Assembly: GCA_016748015.1 (NCBI GenBank) | Contig: JAAOMT010000657.1 | Span: forward strand, 186,001 to 250,000 | DNA length: 64,000 nucleotides | Direction of reading: 5' to 3' | Source of the DNA: Geosiphon pyriformis uo1 | Lineage: Eukaryota; Fungi; Glomeromycota | Shown here: positions 1-12,515 of the stretch, piece by piece | Position numbering within the stretch: position 1 is the stretch's first letter | Layout of the letters: each line of letters begins with the position of its first letter | Made by a program: the position numbers and the translations under genes | Notes under the pieces: generated by a model | Seen by the model: only the letters and a program-made list of their open reading frames with translations | What the model was told of the DNA's origin: nothing | The model's database searches: none

Positions 1-165
1 CTTATCTGCAATTCACGGACAAATCTTACTCCTTAATTTTGTTTCAGTAACAATAGAGACCAAATTGTTCATTTCCTTATGCCACCTAATAACGTCCTCC
101 TACTTAGCAGGATTGTTCATGTCTCTAACATTGCACGTAGCAACTTTCCAGACCAAACTGCTTAT
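1..165 (-). pseudogene. LINE ORF2 N-terminus (APE-type endonuclease), partial, with stops
   Basis: Reads (I/M)SSLVWKVATCNVRDMNNPAK*EDVIRWHKEMNNLVSIVTETKLRSKICP*IADK. The NVRG and ETK motifs are typical of EEP endonucleases. Confidence 0.8.
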
Positions 166-1955
166 TGAGTGAGGGGTAGAGACACTGAGTGGACACCTAT
201 ACTATCCACTTTGGCCAAAAGGCCCAGAACCATTTCCATTAGACATCTCATGCTGTCTTCCAGCTTAGACACTGAAGACATATTGAAAGACACCACTCCT
301 ATAACAGTCCCACCACTAGTAGACACACCTGAGCTCTCACTCATTACTACATCCGCCCCTTGATCCTGTGATAAAGGGGTCACCAATGGCTGACATCCAG
401 GACTAGGCTGGAGAACCATTGGCCCAAGTGCATCTAACCTCTTAGCCAGCTTACCAACTTGCTCTGCAAGGCAGACAAGACTGCACTCAAGAGCGGCGAA
501 CCTATTGTTGACCTCCATCGTAACCAGCAGGGATGGCTTTATCTCCAAAGAGAAGCCATTGTCTACCAAAACCTTCTAACTAGAGAGGGGGAGCAAAGAA
601 GACCCGTGAGCAATCTTTGCCCAAGAGAAACCACCAAAAGAGACTGGACGAGCAATTAAAGCCGAGTGTTTGGCATAAATGGCTGCCAGCCTGCTTTTAT
701 CCATGTCCGAGAAAGCCCTACGCAGCGAATTACCAGAAGAAAACTTCCCACCAACCACACAACTCAATAACGTATGACCCAACTTCTCATACTTGGCGCA
801 TTTAGCAGAGATGAGACGAGACCAGTGGAAATTGGTGTTTCTAAGTACTGGTGTGGTTCTCACGCCAGCATCCAATGATTCAGCAGAGTCGAAGCAAACA
901 ACAGCACACCTGGCCCAAGCATACGTAACAGAATGACAATCAATGACATATGTTTTCCCACCCACAGATTTAACAAAATCCCAGATATCATGAGCATTAG
1001 TCCCCATTGGCAATGTGTAGAGTAGCGCCCTATGTCAATTCCTTGCATCCCATGCCTCTTTGTCTGAATCAGCCCTGGCCACACGTACAGTATCTTTTCC
1101 AATTAGAATAGACTACTCAGCTGCGACCAAATCAGTCTGATCTGGTTGCTCAAATTCTACCACTGCCTTCTGCCATAGCCCAATTAACTGCATCTTGATC
1201 GCCTTAATAACTCCAAACTTGGATAGTGCAGTGTGCACAGCCTCAGCCGATATTTCAATTGGAATTTTTTTTATGACCACAGCTTGATCTGATCGCTCAG
1301 ATGATTTTTTGAGATCGGTGTTTACTAGGATCTTTGTACTTGTAGCCTTATCAGTAGCTTTCATTAGACTCGATTCAGAAGTAAACATTATTCTGATGAT
1401 CCCTGAGAATTTTGAGGGGGTAGACACCCCCCCAAAACCATTGATTCCAAAAAATAATTTCCTTACTACCACAAGCTTTTCCTGAGAAGAATTGCTGGCC
1501 ACCTTATCTAAGCCAATATCTAATGCAAATGACTTCCTGACTAAAACATTGACCAAGTTTTTCAAAGGAGAGGGGAGCTCAAGAGGAGCATCCGAGAGAA
1601 TACTATTATCATCACTCTTCTTTGAAAAATCAATCTTTCTTAACGGCTTGCCCAATGCCTTCTTGGTTTTGACTTTTAAACTTGTGGGTGTTTGATCATG
1701 ATTCCCACCAGCCAGAGCACTACCTTTACCAAAATCAAAGCTGGTCTCTTCTACCAGACACTCCTTTTCCATATCAATACTCTTAGACTCAGTAGTGTTC
1801 CCAGTTTCTGAACTCCATGAATGGCTCTCTTGGACTTTAGAAGCCACTTTTTTGCCACTGGAACCATCTTCCAAAACACCACTCCTCCTCTTCTTTCTTG
1901 ACAAGACTGTCTCAAAACCATCACCAGAACTAGAACTCTTAACAGCTTTCTTCAT
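162..1955 (-). pseudogene. LINE ORF1 (RRM-like + zinc knuckle nucleic-acid-binding protein), disrupted by in-frame stops
   Basis: Track ORFs 1113-2042, 576-1013 and 162-569 share one frame (offsets 1029 and 444), separated by single stops such as TGG->TAG. Motifs AVVIKKIP...ALSKFG...GLWQKAVVEF and CAKYEKLGHTLLSC. Confidence 0.85.
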
Positions 1956-2105
1956 GATAGCAGTATATGGGCCAACGGTGGCCTTGTAATCGAACATAAA
2001 TGGTTTAAAAATATCATACTGAATGATAAAAACTTCTTTCAAAAAAAAACTTTTTAGACTCTTTTTTGGGATTTGTGGATGAATAAGAGAAAGAAGTTTT
2101 TTTTT

Positions 2106-3290
2106 AAACTTTTCTTAAGTATTAATAACTTAGTTTTAAAATATTACTTAAACAGAAATAATATTTGTATAAATAAGTTTTTTAATTAATAGAAATAACT
2201 TTTTATAATTTATAAAATTTAAACAATGATTTTTATATTTTACAAGATTAATTTAAAACAATTTTTGATAATCAATTTGTTTACAGTATATAATTTAAAA
2301 AATATTAATTGTAATAATACCAACTTTAAAAATCAACAAAAATTAGTTGTAAATAGATATATTATTTTTAAAATAAAAATATTTTTAATTAACATAAAAA
2401 ATTATTTTCTGAATTAAAAAATTCAAAATGTTTTCTATATTTTTTATAAATATTAAACCAAAAATTATTTAAATATTACTTTAATTATTAAAAAACAAAT
2501 TATTATAATTGATAATAATATAAATACATATTTTTATTATAAATGAAAATTATAATTTTTATTAATTATTATATGTATTAGCCAATAATATTATATAATT
2601 AGTTATTTTATTTTTAAATAATAATTATTAACTTAATTATTAATCTAATTATTGACTTAATTATTAACTTAACTATTAACTTAATTATTAACTTAACTAT
2701 TAACTTAATTATTAACTTAATAATTAACTTAATTATTGACTTAATAATTAATTATTTTAAATAAATATATAAGCAATAAATTTTTTAGTTGTAAAAAAAC
2801 ATATTAAAATCAAAGTAATAAAATAAAAATTACTATTTAATACTTTTTTTTATATTGTTTATTTTTTTTTCTAATTTTTTATTTTTAAGATTTAAATATT
2901 TGTAAATAAAAAATTATTTTTTAATATTTACATATTTTATCTTTTTTTTGATTTATATTGTTAAAATTAATCTAAAAATATTTGTTTGTTTTTGTAATTT
3001 ATTAAATAAAAAAATAATGAAAACATAATAATATTTGTTATTAATTTTAAAAATTGCTAAGTAAAACATAAAATAATAGCACTAATATTATTTTATTAAC
3101 AATTATAAACTATTTTTCTACTTTTAGATTTTTTAAAAATAATTAAATAATTATAATTTTAAGATTAATTATGTATATTAGATTTTTATAAATTTAATTT
3201 ATTTCTTTAATTGATTTTTTTTTGATTATTTCTATTATTTTTAATAGTTTTTTTTTGTTATTTATTAATTTGTTATTTTAATTTATAATA
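2106..3290 (+). mobile_element. Extremely decayed 3' remnant of a family-A LTR element (integrase tail, start of extra ORF, internal deletion, 3' LTR 2535-3290)
   Basis: 2106-2530 aligns by eye to 41280-41725 and 2535-3290 to LTR-A, with most C->T and G->A. It includes about 10 decayed copies (TTAACTTAATTA) of the 12-bp LTR-A repeat. Confidence 0.8.
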
Positions 3291-4740
3291 ATATATTGTA
3301 TAATATAATATTAATTAGTAAATTAATTAATAATGTTTTAAAACTATTTTTTATACTTTTATTTTTAATTGTTTTGGTAATATATATATAGTTTTTATTA
3401 TAAAAAACCATAAATTTGTAATTAATTTATTTTAATATTAATATATTTAATAAAAAATTTTTATTACATAATTTTTTGCTAAATTTAATTGTAAACACAA
3501 ATTTAATAAATTTTTTAATTTTTTTAAAAATAAATATTTTTTAAACTGATTAATAAATTTAAAAAATTTTTAACTTAAAAATTTTTTATTTATAGTATTT
3601 TTTTAACAGTTAAATAATTATATTCAAAATAAAAAACTTTTTTGTCTTAATATCAAAAACTTTTTTTACATAAATTAAATATTTTAAAAAAATATGATTA
3701 AAATAAGTTAAAAATTTAACTTTTTTTTAAAATTGGTAAAAACTTTGAATTTTTTTTTATATTATTAATATAACTTTTAAAATTAATTAATATTATAGAA
3801 TAAATAAATAAATTATTGTCTTATTTGTTAGTTTTTTTATAAAAAAATTCATTATATTTATATTATTAAATATATTATTAATATTGTTGTTTAAAATAAA
3901 ATTTTAGTTAAAAAAAGACTTTTAATTTAAATTAAATATGTTTTTAAACTAATTATAATTTAGTTTTACTTTAAATATTTATAAATACTGTTTTAGCAAA
4001 ATATTATCTATTTTTTTAATAATTAAAAAATAGCTTATGTATTATTATTATTATTATTATTTATTATAAAAAAAATAAAAATTTTTTTCTTTAATTTTTA
4101 CTTTAATTATAAGTATAAATTTACAAAAAAAATTCAAAAATAATAGTTGTAATTTTAAAGCTTTTAAAAAACACAAAAATAATGATTTTAATAATACCAA
4201 AAATTTTTTTTTAGTATTTAAAAAAGTTGGTTGCTATTATTATTGTTACAATAATAGTATTAATTTTTAACTGTTTTGTTTTTTTGGTTATTTAAAATAA
4301 TAATATTATTAAATCTATTTTTAATATGTTTTTAAAAAAACTTTATAACCAAAAAAAGTAGTTTAATAATAATTAAAAGTTATTTTAAATCTGTATTATT
4401 AAAAATAATACTTTTAAAATAGTTGTTTAATTGTTTTTACTATTATAAAAACCTTTTAATTATTTTTTAAATAAAATAACAAAAATAAAAATTGTTTTTT
4501 TTGTTTTTATTTTTAACATAAGATTTATAAAATTAAAAAGCAAAAAAAGATTACATTTAGAATAAAATAGGTTTTTTCCATTTTATTTGTTATATTAAAA
4601 AAATCTATTTATTTAAAAAACCTATATATTGAAATTTGTTTTATGGTATTATGGTTTGTTTTTATATTTTAAATTTTAAACTAAAAATTAATGTTTGTTT
4701 TTTATTAAAGTTTAATAACTCCTATTTAAAGTAGTATTGT
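3291..4740. other. Very AT-rich degenerate DNA, probably an unrecognisable TE relic
   Basis: Composition like the flanking decayed TEs, no ORF, and a sharp return to normal CpG-containing sequence near 4750. Confidence 0.4.
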
Positions 4741-5093
4741 TTATCAAGAATTATTAATGCAAAATTCCATCATATTATGAAATTAGAATCGGTGTTGGCA
4801 ATTGAATTATAGACCCAGTTTAATTAAACGCTTTACATATGTAATTTTCAAGAAGCTATATCAAATTGAAATTTGGCAGCATCATTCGACAATTTTCGAT
4901 CTCATAAACGAATATTTAATAATTAGTGACAAGTTCAAAAGAGAATAAAAAGCTAAAGTAACAGAGACAGATTTTTACGAAAGATAAAAACCTAGTTATG
5001 ATTGTAATGATTATAAACGAGTCTCATTAAAGGGAAACTTGTAATTTTCTATCTGAAATTTAATCGAATATCATTTCTACTGGAAATTAAGGC

Positions 5094-7733
5094 TTAATCC
5101 GATTTATGATGGCCATTGGTTTCAACAACCAAGGGCTTGTTATCTAGTAAGGTTCGGCGTGGCTTTCCTCCATAGTTATAAACTTCAACCCAATCCATTG
5201 CATCCTCCCACGCATGTGGTCCAAACAAACGATACTTTTAAAGATGAATTTTTTAAATCAAAATTAATTTATTTTAAATAAATAGTGACTCAAATATTCC
5301 AAATTAAACAGTACCTGAACTGGAGTAGGAATACCGAAGAAATATATTTTCAATCCTTTGAATCCATATCTTGAAAACATGTTCCTGGGAGTTGGCAAAC
5401 ATCCAATCTCAGAGGCCAATTGATCACAATATGTTAAGAAATCGATTTGTATGGTGTGTCGTGGTGAACTGTAAAAAGTTGAGGAACAGGTAACTTGATA
5501 TTGTTTTATAGATTTATCCATTTCCAAAGCTGACGGTAAAGGATCAATTCTACCCTTGATTAGACCATTAACATAACGAGCTTGCAATTCACTGTATCAA
5601 AAGTAATGCGGTAAAATATGGGTCGAGGGATTTTGCTTTGAGAAATTAATTTTCGTATAAATTAACCGGTAGACTCGGTATTTTTTTCTTTAATTTTACC
5701 TGATTGGCATAATTGGTCCCTGGGGTTGAGCTAATCCTAAAAATGCAATATTATGGTATCTAGGTGGGAACATCATTTTATATAACCAGGCCAAATTGCC
5801 TCGATATTCTGGATCTGTAGCTTCTTCAATTTCTTTTCCCCCTGTAATAACATCTCGATCTAGGAAAGGAAAATCAATTTTATAGCCAGTCGCATAAATC
5901 ACAAAATCGATATCTTCAATGGTGGTTCCATCAGCGAATTTAATTGACCGATCGGCGTTCAATTCCATGATATCAGGTTTAACGATAATTGTGCCGGTTG
6001 AAAGACGTTCAGGAAAATCAGTTTTTATAGTCGCATGCTCGGCGTAAAATGGTGTTTTTGGTTTGAGCTCTGGTGAATGTGGACCCTGGAGCATATTGAT
6101 GATTGTTTCGTTTATGTAATTACTAATTGATCGAGGAATTTTTTTTGAAAAGCGCGTCATCGAATGATCCATTGGTTTGCCGAATATACTTCGTCGTGGG
6201 ATAACCCAAGGGATGGTTCCTTGATATTTAATAGATTAATTTCCAATAAGTTGAATAAAATCATTCAAATAGACTGATGAAGTTTACCTCTTCGACTGGA
6301 TATGTATACTTGTGACGCAACATGAGATAATTCAACACTAATATCAACTCCACTTGGAATTCCAAGACATATATCAAAGAAATAGAAGTCCAAATAAGCA
6401 TAGAATTAGATGTGTCTGTAATTGAAGTTTTCGAAAAAATATCCCGTAAATACCTATTTCCAAGACCGACAACAACAACGCGTTTATTATAGAACTTGGT
6501 TGGGCTATTATGTCAATAAAATTTGTTGATTTATCCAGATATATCTTATTAAAAAAAATTGTGCGACAACAAAATTTCTCACTCACTCTCGATAAAAATG
6601 GGAATGGAGTTGTTTTCCACCGAAACTCTCCATTCCTATATATGTGGGCCATCGATGTTTACGATGATGTCCGGTACAGACCATCACATAATCGAATTCT
6701 TCCTCTTGTTCCAAATCGTCATTATTGTACGCATATCTGACTTTCCATCGACCGTCTGACAATTGAGATATTTGAACCACCTTGCAATTTAGCTTGATAT
6801 GTGGACGAAGATTGAAGTGATCCGCATACATATCGTAATACCTGAAAAGAGATCAATTGTATCACATAATCGACCTAAACTTTGAAGCCAGATTCAAGTT
6901 TGGTCCTGATCAGTAATCTTGAACTTACTTGGCAATCATCGGATTTGGCAGAAAAGTGGGCCAATCCTGCGGGATCGGAAAATCGGAAAATGACATCTGT
7001 TGGTCGGAAAAAGTTTTTAATTAAAAATTTCAATTATCCAAATTTGAGGTAAATAAGGGAATTAAAAATTCAATGATTCAAACAAATTTGAGGTAAATAA
7101 GGGAATTAAAAATTCAATGATTCAAACAAGTTTGAGGTAAATAAGGGAATTAAAAATTCAATGATCCAAACAAATTTGAGGTAAATAAGAGAATTAAAAA
7201 TTCAGTCGACCAAATAAATTTAGAGTAGCAAGAGAATTAAAAATTCAATCGTCTAAACAAATTTAGAGTGGTAAGAGAATTAAAAATTGATTCGTCCAAA
7301 CAAATTTAGGGTGTTAAGAGAATTAATCTTCAAAAAATTTAAAAATTGATGATCAAAAAAATTTCCTTCCAAATCACGAACATACCGTCTCCTTGCTAGT
7401 ATTAATAACAGTGGTTTTGTAGACAGAAGAATGTGGATCTGGATTCGTTTCATCGATTTCAACATATCGCCACAGCCCCGCAATATGCTCGTTCTGTTCA
7501 AAACATATCATATCTAGCTGGTCATCGATGCATTGCTTAATTGCCGCAAGACCGGCAGGACCTTTTACAAAAATCATTGGTTTTTTTATATATAATTTAT
7601 TTGAATTTTTGCAAGTAAAATTTTTTGTAGAGTAGTCAATATGATTGTTACCGGCTCCAATAATCGCGATACGAGGTTTCCTGGCTTCTTCGCTCTGGTC
7701 AACTGAACCAATACCCACGGTTGTTAAATTCAT
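5094..7733 (-). CDS. FMO: Flavin-containing monooxygenase (class B FMO, dimethylaniline monooxygenase-like), 9 exons: 7733-7652, 7561-7386, 6996-6929, 6841-6587, 6504-6454, 6352-6288, 6219-5700, 5591-5315, 5234-5094 (1635 nt, 544 aa)
   Basis: All eight introns are GT..AG and join in frame. FAD motif GAGPAG, FMO motif FGGKQLHSHFY (FxGxxxHxxxY), NADPH motif GLGNSG, YATGY; also INTSKETMSFSDFP, HTIQIDF, QYRLFGPHAW. Confidence 0.93.
7019..7350. repeat. 44-bp minisatellite, about 7 copies, filling most of FMO intron 2
   Basis: Unit ~AAATTTGAGGTAAATAAGGGAATTAAAAATTCAATGATTCAAAC; equivalent G at 7046, 7090, 7134. Confidence 0.9.
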
Positions 7734-7820
7734 TTCTTCTCAAATTGATTTTATGCCAAGTTAATAAAATTTGATCTGAACAATTGAGAAGATTCTTGAT
7801 CCTGTCTTAGGCAGTGCCCA

Positions 7821-7829
7821 TATTTATAG
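7821..7829 (-). promoter_or_regulatory. Candidate TATA box of FMO (CTATAAATA)
   Basis: About 90 nt upstream of the ATG; motif match only. Confidence 0.35.
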
Positions 7830-8378
7830 TTTTCGATTCATTAAATATATTTTAATTTGTAATTTTTAAATGATAAAGGAATTTTGTGATCTACTACAAA
7901 AAGGTCGGGATAGTTACAACCTTTCTATTGAGAGAAGTATGATTTATTTATTTTCAAGTAAATTTATACGTTAATCTTCCATGATCAAGATTAGAATCTG
8001 TTCAGTGAAAGAATTTTGTCGCAGAATTAAAAATATGAAAACAAATCTTTATCTCCAAGAATTGACATTGATATTTTTGAATGCGCAATTAATAATTGAC
8101 TTTTTGAAGCTCGAAGTATTGGCTGCTATATTTCTCAAATTAAGATCTTTTTAAAGGAACGGATGTCATGAAAAGAGAAATCTTGCCGAAAATAGATCTA
8201 CAAACACAGAAAAATATTGATAGTCAGGCTTGTCTTTTTAAAATTCTAAATAATTAATCCAAGAAAAAAGATTGCCCAAAAAAATACATTGAAAATAAAA
8301 TAGATATAAGATTAAACTATTTTCTTTCTCAAAATACTTAACAAGAATTATTCTTAACAATTCCAAGAATATAATATA

Positions 8379-8565
8379 CAGTCAGATCCCCATAAAAGAA
8401 CCCTCGATAAAAGAACAACCTCTTACAAAGAACATTTTTTTATAGAACCAATTGATTAATTAACAATTTTCCCTTTATATAAGAACAATCTATAAAGAAA
8501 CAAGAACATAATTTTATCAAACGTTTATTCGAATTTACCTTTATGTAAGAACAAATATCACGTGC
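8379..8565 (+). mobile_element. Orphan terminus of a pogo/Tc1-mariner-like DNA element or MITE
   Basis: TA followed by CAGTCAGATCCC and repeated AAGAAC subterminal motifs. No partner inverted end seen. Confidence 0.45.
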
Positions 8566-8912
8566 TAGATGTTAATTAGTAATTGGAAAAAGAGTTAAAA
8601 CGTATTGAATTAATTTCATCCTAATTTTCTTTTAAATCGATTTACAATAGACTTACTCTTTTTGATCTTGTCTGTTTTCATGTACAGCTATTTAGTCCTT
8701 ATTGTATTCTAATTTAGGCTTGTTAAAACCAAATCTAATACAGTCAAATCTGAGATAATCTATACTCTTAGTGGATACAAATTGCTATGAGTTATTACAG
8801 ATTATGGGTTTTTTTAGATTTAAGTATATATAGTATACATATAATAAAAATAGATATAATATCATTAAAAAATAAATTTATTTGCATATTTTTATAAAAA
8901 TCTTTAAATAGC

Positions 8913-10553
8913 TCATGTAATATTAAAGAAACTTATAAAAATTGTTTGTTTTTGTTTATTTTGTATTCTCTTATAAAGTATATATTTAACATAAGCAAGT
9001 TTATTAATTACATCATAAAATTTCTTGCTATTTTCAAGCTTTATAAATTGTTCAAGATTTGTAATAATAGTTAATACATTTTTAATACTTATTATTTTTT
9101 GTACTTTTTGTTTTTTATTAGAGCTATTATGTTTTGTTTTACAATTTGTTATAATATAATTTGTAATCTTATTATTATTCAAATGTTTCAAAATAATTGT
9201 ATTGTTTTTCTTAGATAGATTTATCAATTTTTTAATTAATAAGTATATATGATTTGGTTATATATACTTAAATTTTTTGTAACAATTTTTAATCTTTTAT
9301 AATATTATTTTTTGATTATAATTAGCTATTATTTCTAAGTTTGTAGTTTTATTCTAAAAGTTATTATTTGTATTAATTAAAAAAATACTAATTTTGTATT
9401 AACAATAAGTAATTGTTTTATTTAAAACATTTTTCTATGCTTTATAAATTAGACATATTGCTTAAATTTAGTTAATTACATAAATATTATTAGTATTATT
9501 ATCAAAAAAATCTAATATATAGTAAAAAAAATAATAACAGTAATATGTTTTAAAACAATAAATAATTTTAGTATTTATAGATTAAATATGTATTGTTAAG
9601 TTAAGTATAAATTAATATATATAAATATTTGTAATAAATTTTATATTATATTTGTGATCAGCAAAATTGTTTATTAATAACAATATGTTTCAGTTTTTTT
9701 TATACAGCTAATAGTTCTAATTAACAAGCTACTATTAAAAAATATTATCAATTATTTAAATATAAGTATTTAAATAATATTAAAAACCAAGTTGTTGTTT
9801 TTTTTTTTAAAAACAGTATAGACATTTAACATGACTAATAATAAATAATAAAAAATGCTTAGTTTTATTAGCATTAATTATAAAAACAAATATTAGTCAC
9901 TTTTTAATTATTTAATATTATAATATAGTATTATAACAAGATTTTAATTTGGTAATATAACATAAAATAGTACATTTGTATCTATATTAAAAATATTGCA
10001 TATCTTTTAATTAGCAAGAAGTATTATTATATATACTTGTTTATTTTTAATATGTTTAATATTAACTAATAATGTATTATCATAAAAGCAAAGTAAACAC
10101 AATTTAATATAATCTTTAAAGCTTTTAAGCCAGTTATTGAATAGTTTATATTGTTTATTTTCTAAAATATTTAATTAATTATAAAACTTTATGCCAGTAG
10201 TTTAAATTATATTTTTAGTAAATATTATTTTATGTAATTTTGTCTCTTAAACAAAAATAATAAGTGTTTTATTAAAATCAAAATCACATATTATGTGTAT
10301 ATATTTGTTAATTAAATCATATATTGTATTTGCTTATGCATAAAAATTTGGTTTATCTTTGATCTAAGCTAAAACTAAAGACTGTTTTATGTATAAAAAA
10401 CAGTTTTTTTTAAAGTGTCTTGTAGTTTTTAATTGGTTTTTATTATTTGTATAATACCAATTAAGTACTATAAACTTATTATAAAATATAGTATTTTTAT
10501 AATTTTGCAAAAATATAAGCTAAAAAAATAGTATGTTTTTTGCTATTAGACAT
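8913..10553 (-). pseudogene. pogo-like transposase (CENP-B HTH + DDE_1), heavily mutated
   Basis: Minus-strand relics: FNNWLKSFK (~10115-10141, HTH GWLxxFK), NILLLINNFADH (~9655-9690, DDE_1 ILLLxDNxxxH), C-terminal KQKQTIFISFF (PIP-box-like). Confidence 0.75.
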
Positions 10554-10599
10554 AGTAAAATCAAAAAACAAAGAAAAAATATAATTAAGACTTTAATTA

Positions 10600-11035
10600 G
10601 ATAGGACTAATTCAAAAATTCAACTTGATTATTTACAAAATTAATAATAATTTAAAACTTAGAATAATTCGAAACTTTAATTTAATTATTCACACAATTA
10701 ATAATAATTTAAAACTTGAAACAATTTAAAACTCTGATTTAATTATTTATATAATTAATAACAATTTAAAACTTAAAACAATTTGAAATTTTAATTTAAA
10801 TATTCATATAATTGATAATAATTTAGAACTTGAAACAATTTAAAACTCTGACTTAATTACTTATATAAATGATAATAATTTAAAACTTGAAACAATTCAA
10901 AACTCCAATTTAATTATTTATAAGATTAGTAATAATTTAAAACTTGAAACAATTTAAAACTTTGATTTAATTATTCATATAATCAATAATAATTTAAAAC
11001 TTAGAACAATTTAAAACTTTAACTTGATTATTTAT
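10600..11035. repeat. 57-bp tandem array, about 7-8 copies
   Basis: Unit ~TTAATTATTCATATAATTAATAATAATTTAAAACTTGAAACAATTTAAAACTCTGAT; shifts 3 nt per 60-nt line. Confidence 0.88.
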
Positions 11036-12515
11036 TGTTATGAATAAATTTAATAAGGTATTATAATAATGTTTAGTGTTCTGAGTTTGAATAAAAGAGC
11101 TGTAAAATTTTTTTTAAATACATGAAAGATATATTAAAAAGTATTAGTCTTTAAAAAATTTTACTATATGTAAATTTACTCATAAAGTTCTTTGGTTATA
11201 AGATACAAAAATGTATTTTGGTAGTTTATAATTGTAAATATAATCTATTTTTTCCAAGCTAATTAAGTACAATTATTAAAGTTTAGTGTTGTTTTTTTGG
11301 TAAGTTAACAAAATAAAATTAATATTTAAACCTAAAAAAAACTTTCTTTTTTTACCAAATTATTACGAAATCTATTTTTAGACAGTCAATTTCTAATATT
11401 ATTACTCTACAAAAAAAAAAAAAAATTAGTATTGTCAATTATTATGATTAAAAACAATTGATTTAAGTTATTAAAATTCTAAAACTATTTATACTAATAA
11501 TATTTAGTCTAAAATAAAGATAAAAAAAATAATTAATTTGATTTTAATAACATGAATTTTGAAATTATATATGAATAAATTAAATAATATTTTATTTAAT
11601 AATTAATAAAAAAATATAAAAAAAATAAGATAAAAAAGATTATTAAGTTTAAAAATAAGATATTTAGAAGGAAATTAGTTTTTGTTTTTTGTTTGTCTTT
11701 TTTTATCTGCTAAAAATTGCTTGTTTTTATATATATTTTTTAGTTTTATAAGATTGTTTTTAATTATTTGTTATGATTAACTATTGTTTACTATTTTTAT
11801 TATTGTTTCGTTTTTTTATGTTATAATTAGTTATTTTATATTATAATTAGTTATTTTGTACTATTTTATATTATTGTATATTATTTTATATTATTCTGAA
11901 TTATTACATGTTATTTCTTGTTATTATGTTTTTTTTATGTTATTATGTGTTAATTGCGTTTTTCTATAGTTTTGTATTGGTTTTTTTACTTAGATAACAT
12001 TATCTTTTTTTTTAGAATTAAGCTTTTACAAACTTATATATATCTGTAAAAATTGTTTTTTAGTATAATATTTAATTATAGGTTTTCAAACTGTAAATTT
12101 GTTATTTGTTTTATGTTGTTAACTATAATAGTTTTTAGTAAATTATCCAATAGTATAATTAAATAACATTTAAATGCTAAATACAGTTAGTATATTGCTT
12201 TGTAATATAAAATCAAGTTGTTTCTTTTGACAAATTTTTCTATTTGTTTAAGAGCTTTTCTATTGAATATTTGTTTATTGATATTTAAAAATAGTATTTA
12301 TAAGTCTAGTTTTTTCACCAATTTTAAAAAACTAATAAACTAATAAAAGTTTTTTTTTCTAAGCTTTAAAAATTTTAGTGTCTATTTTCTTATGTTTGGT
12401 TTTATAATTAATTTATTTAAGGCTTTTTTTATTTTTTCAAATATGTAATACTATATATCTTTTTTTATTATTATTTATAAGAATAAAAATACTTAATTTT
12501 AATTAAACTTTTGTC
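11036..12515 (-). mobile_element. Family-B Gypsy remnant B0: 3' LTR (11036-11999), PPT and part of the extra ORF
   Basis: TGTTATG...GATAACA termini; homologous to 13150-14166. 12000-12515 is homologous to 14167-14705. Confidence 0.8.

Larger units (their letters stand above)
1..2105 (-). mobile_element. LINE (non-LTR retrotransposon), 5' portion: 5' UTR, ORF1, start of ORF2; continues beyond the left window edge
   Basis: ORF1 with RRM-like blocks and a decayed CCHC knuckle, followed immediately by an AP-endonuclease N-terminus (WKVATCNVR.MNNP...IVTETKL). The 5' end abuts a family-A integrase remnant at ~2106. Confidence 0.88.
8741..11035 (-). mobile_element. Decayed pogo-family (Tc1/mariner) DNA transposon; its 5' side appears cut by LTR B0
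   Basis: TA|CAGTCAAATC terminus at 8741, transposase relic on the minus strand, and a 57-bp array upstream of the ATG. Confidence 0.7.

Noticed and set aside
10600-11035. CRISPR-like periodicity (also the 44-bp array at 7019-7350)
   Set aside because: Whole units repeat with no unique spacers, there are no cas genes, and the context is eukaryotic.
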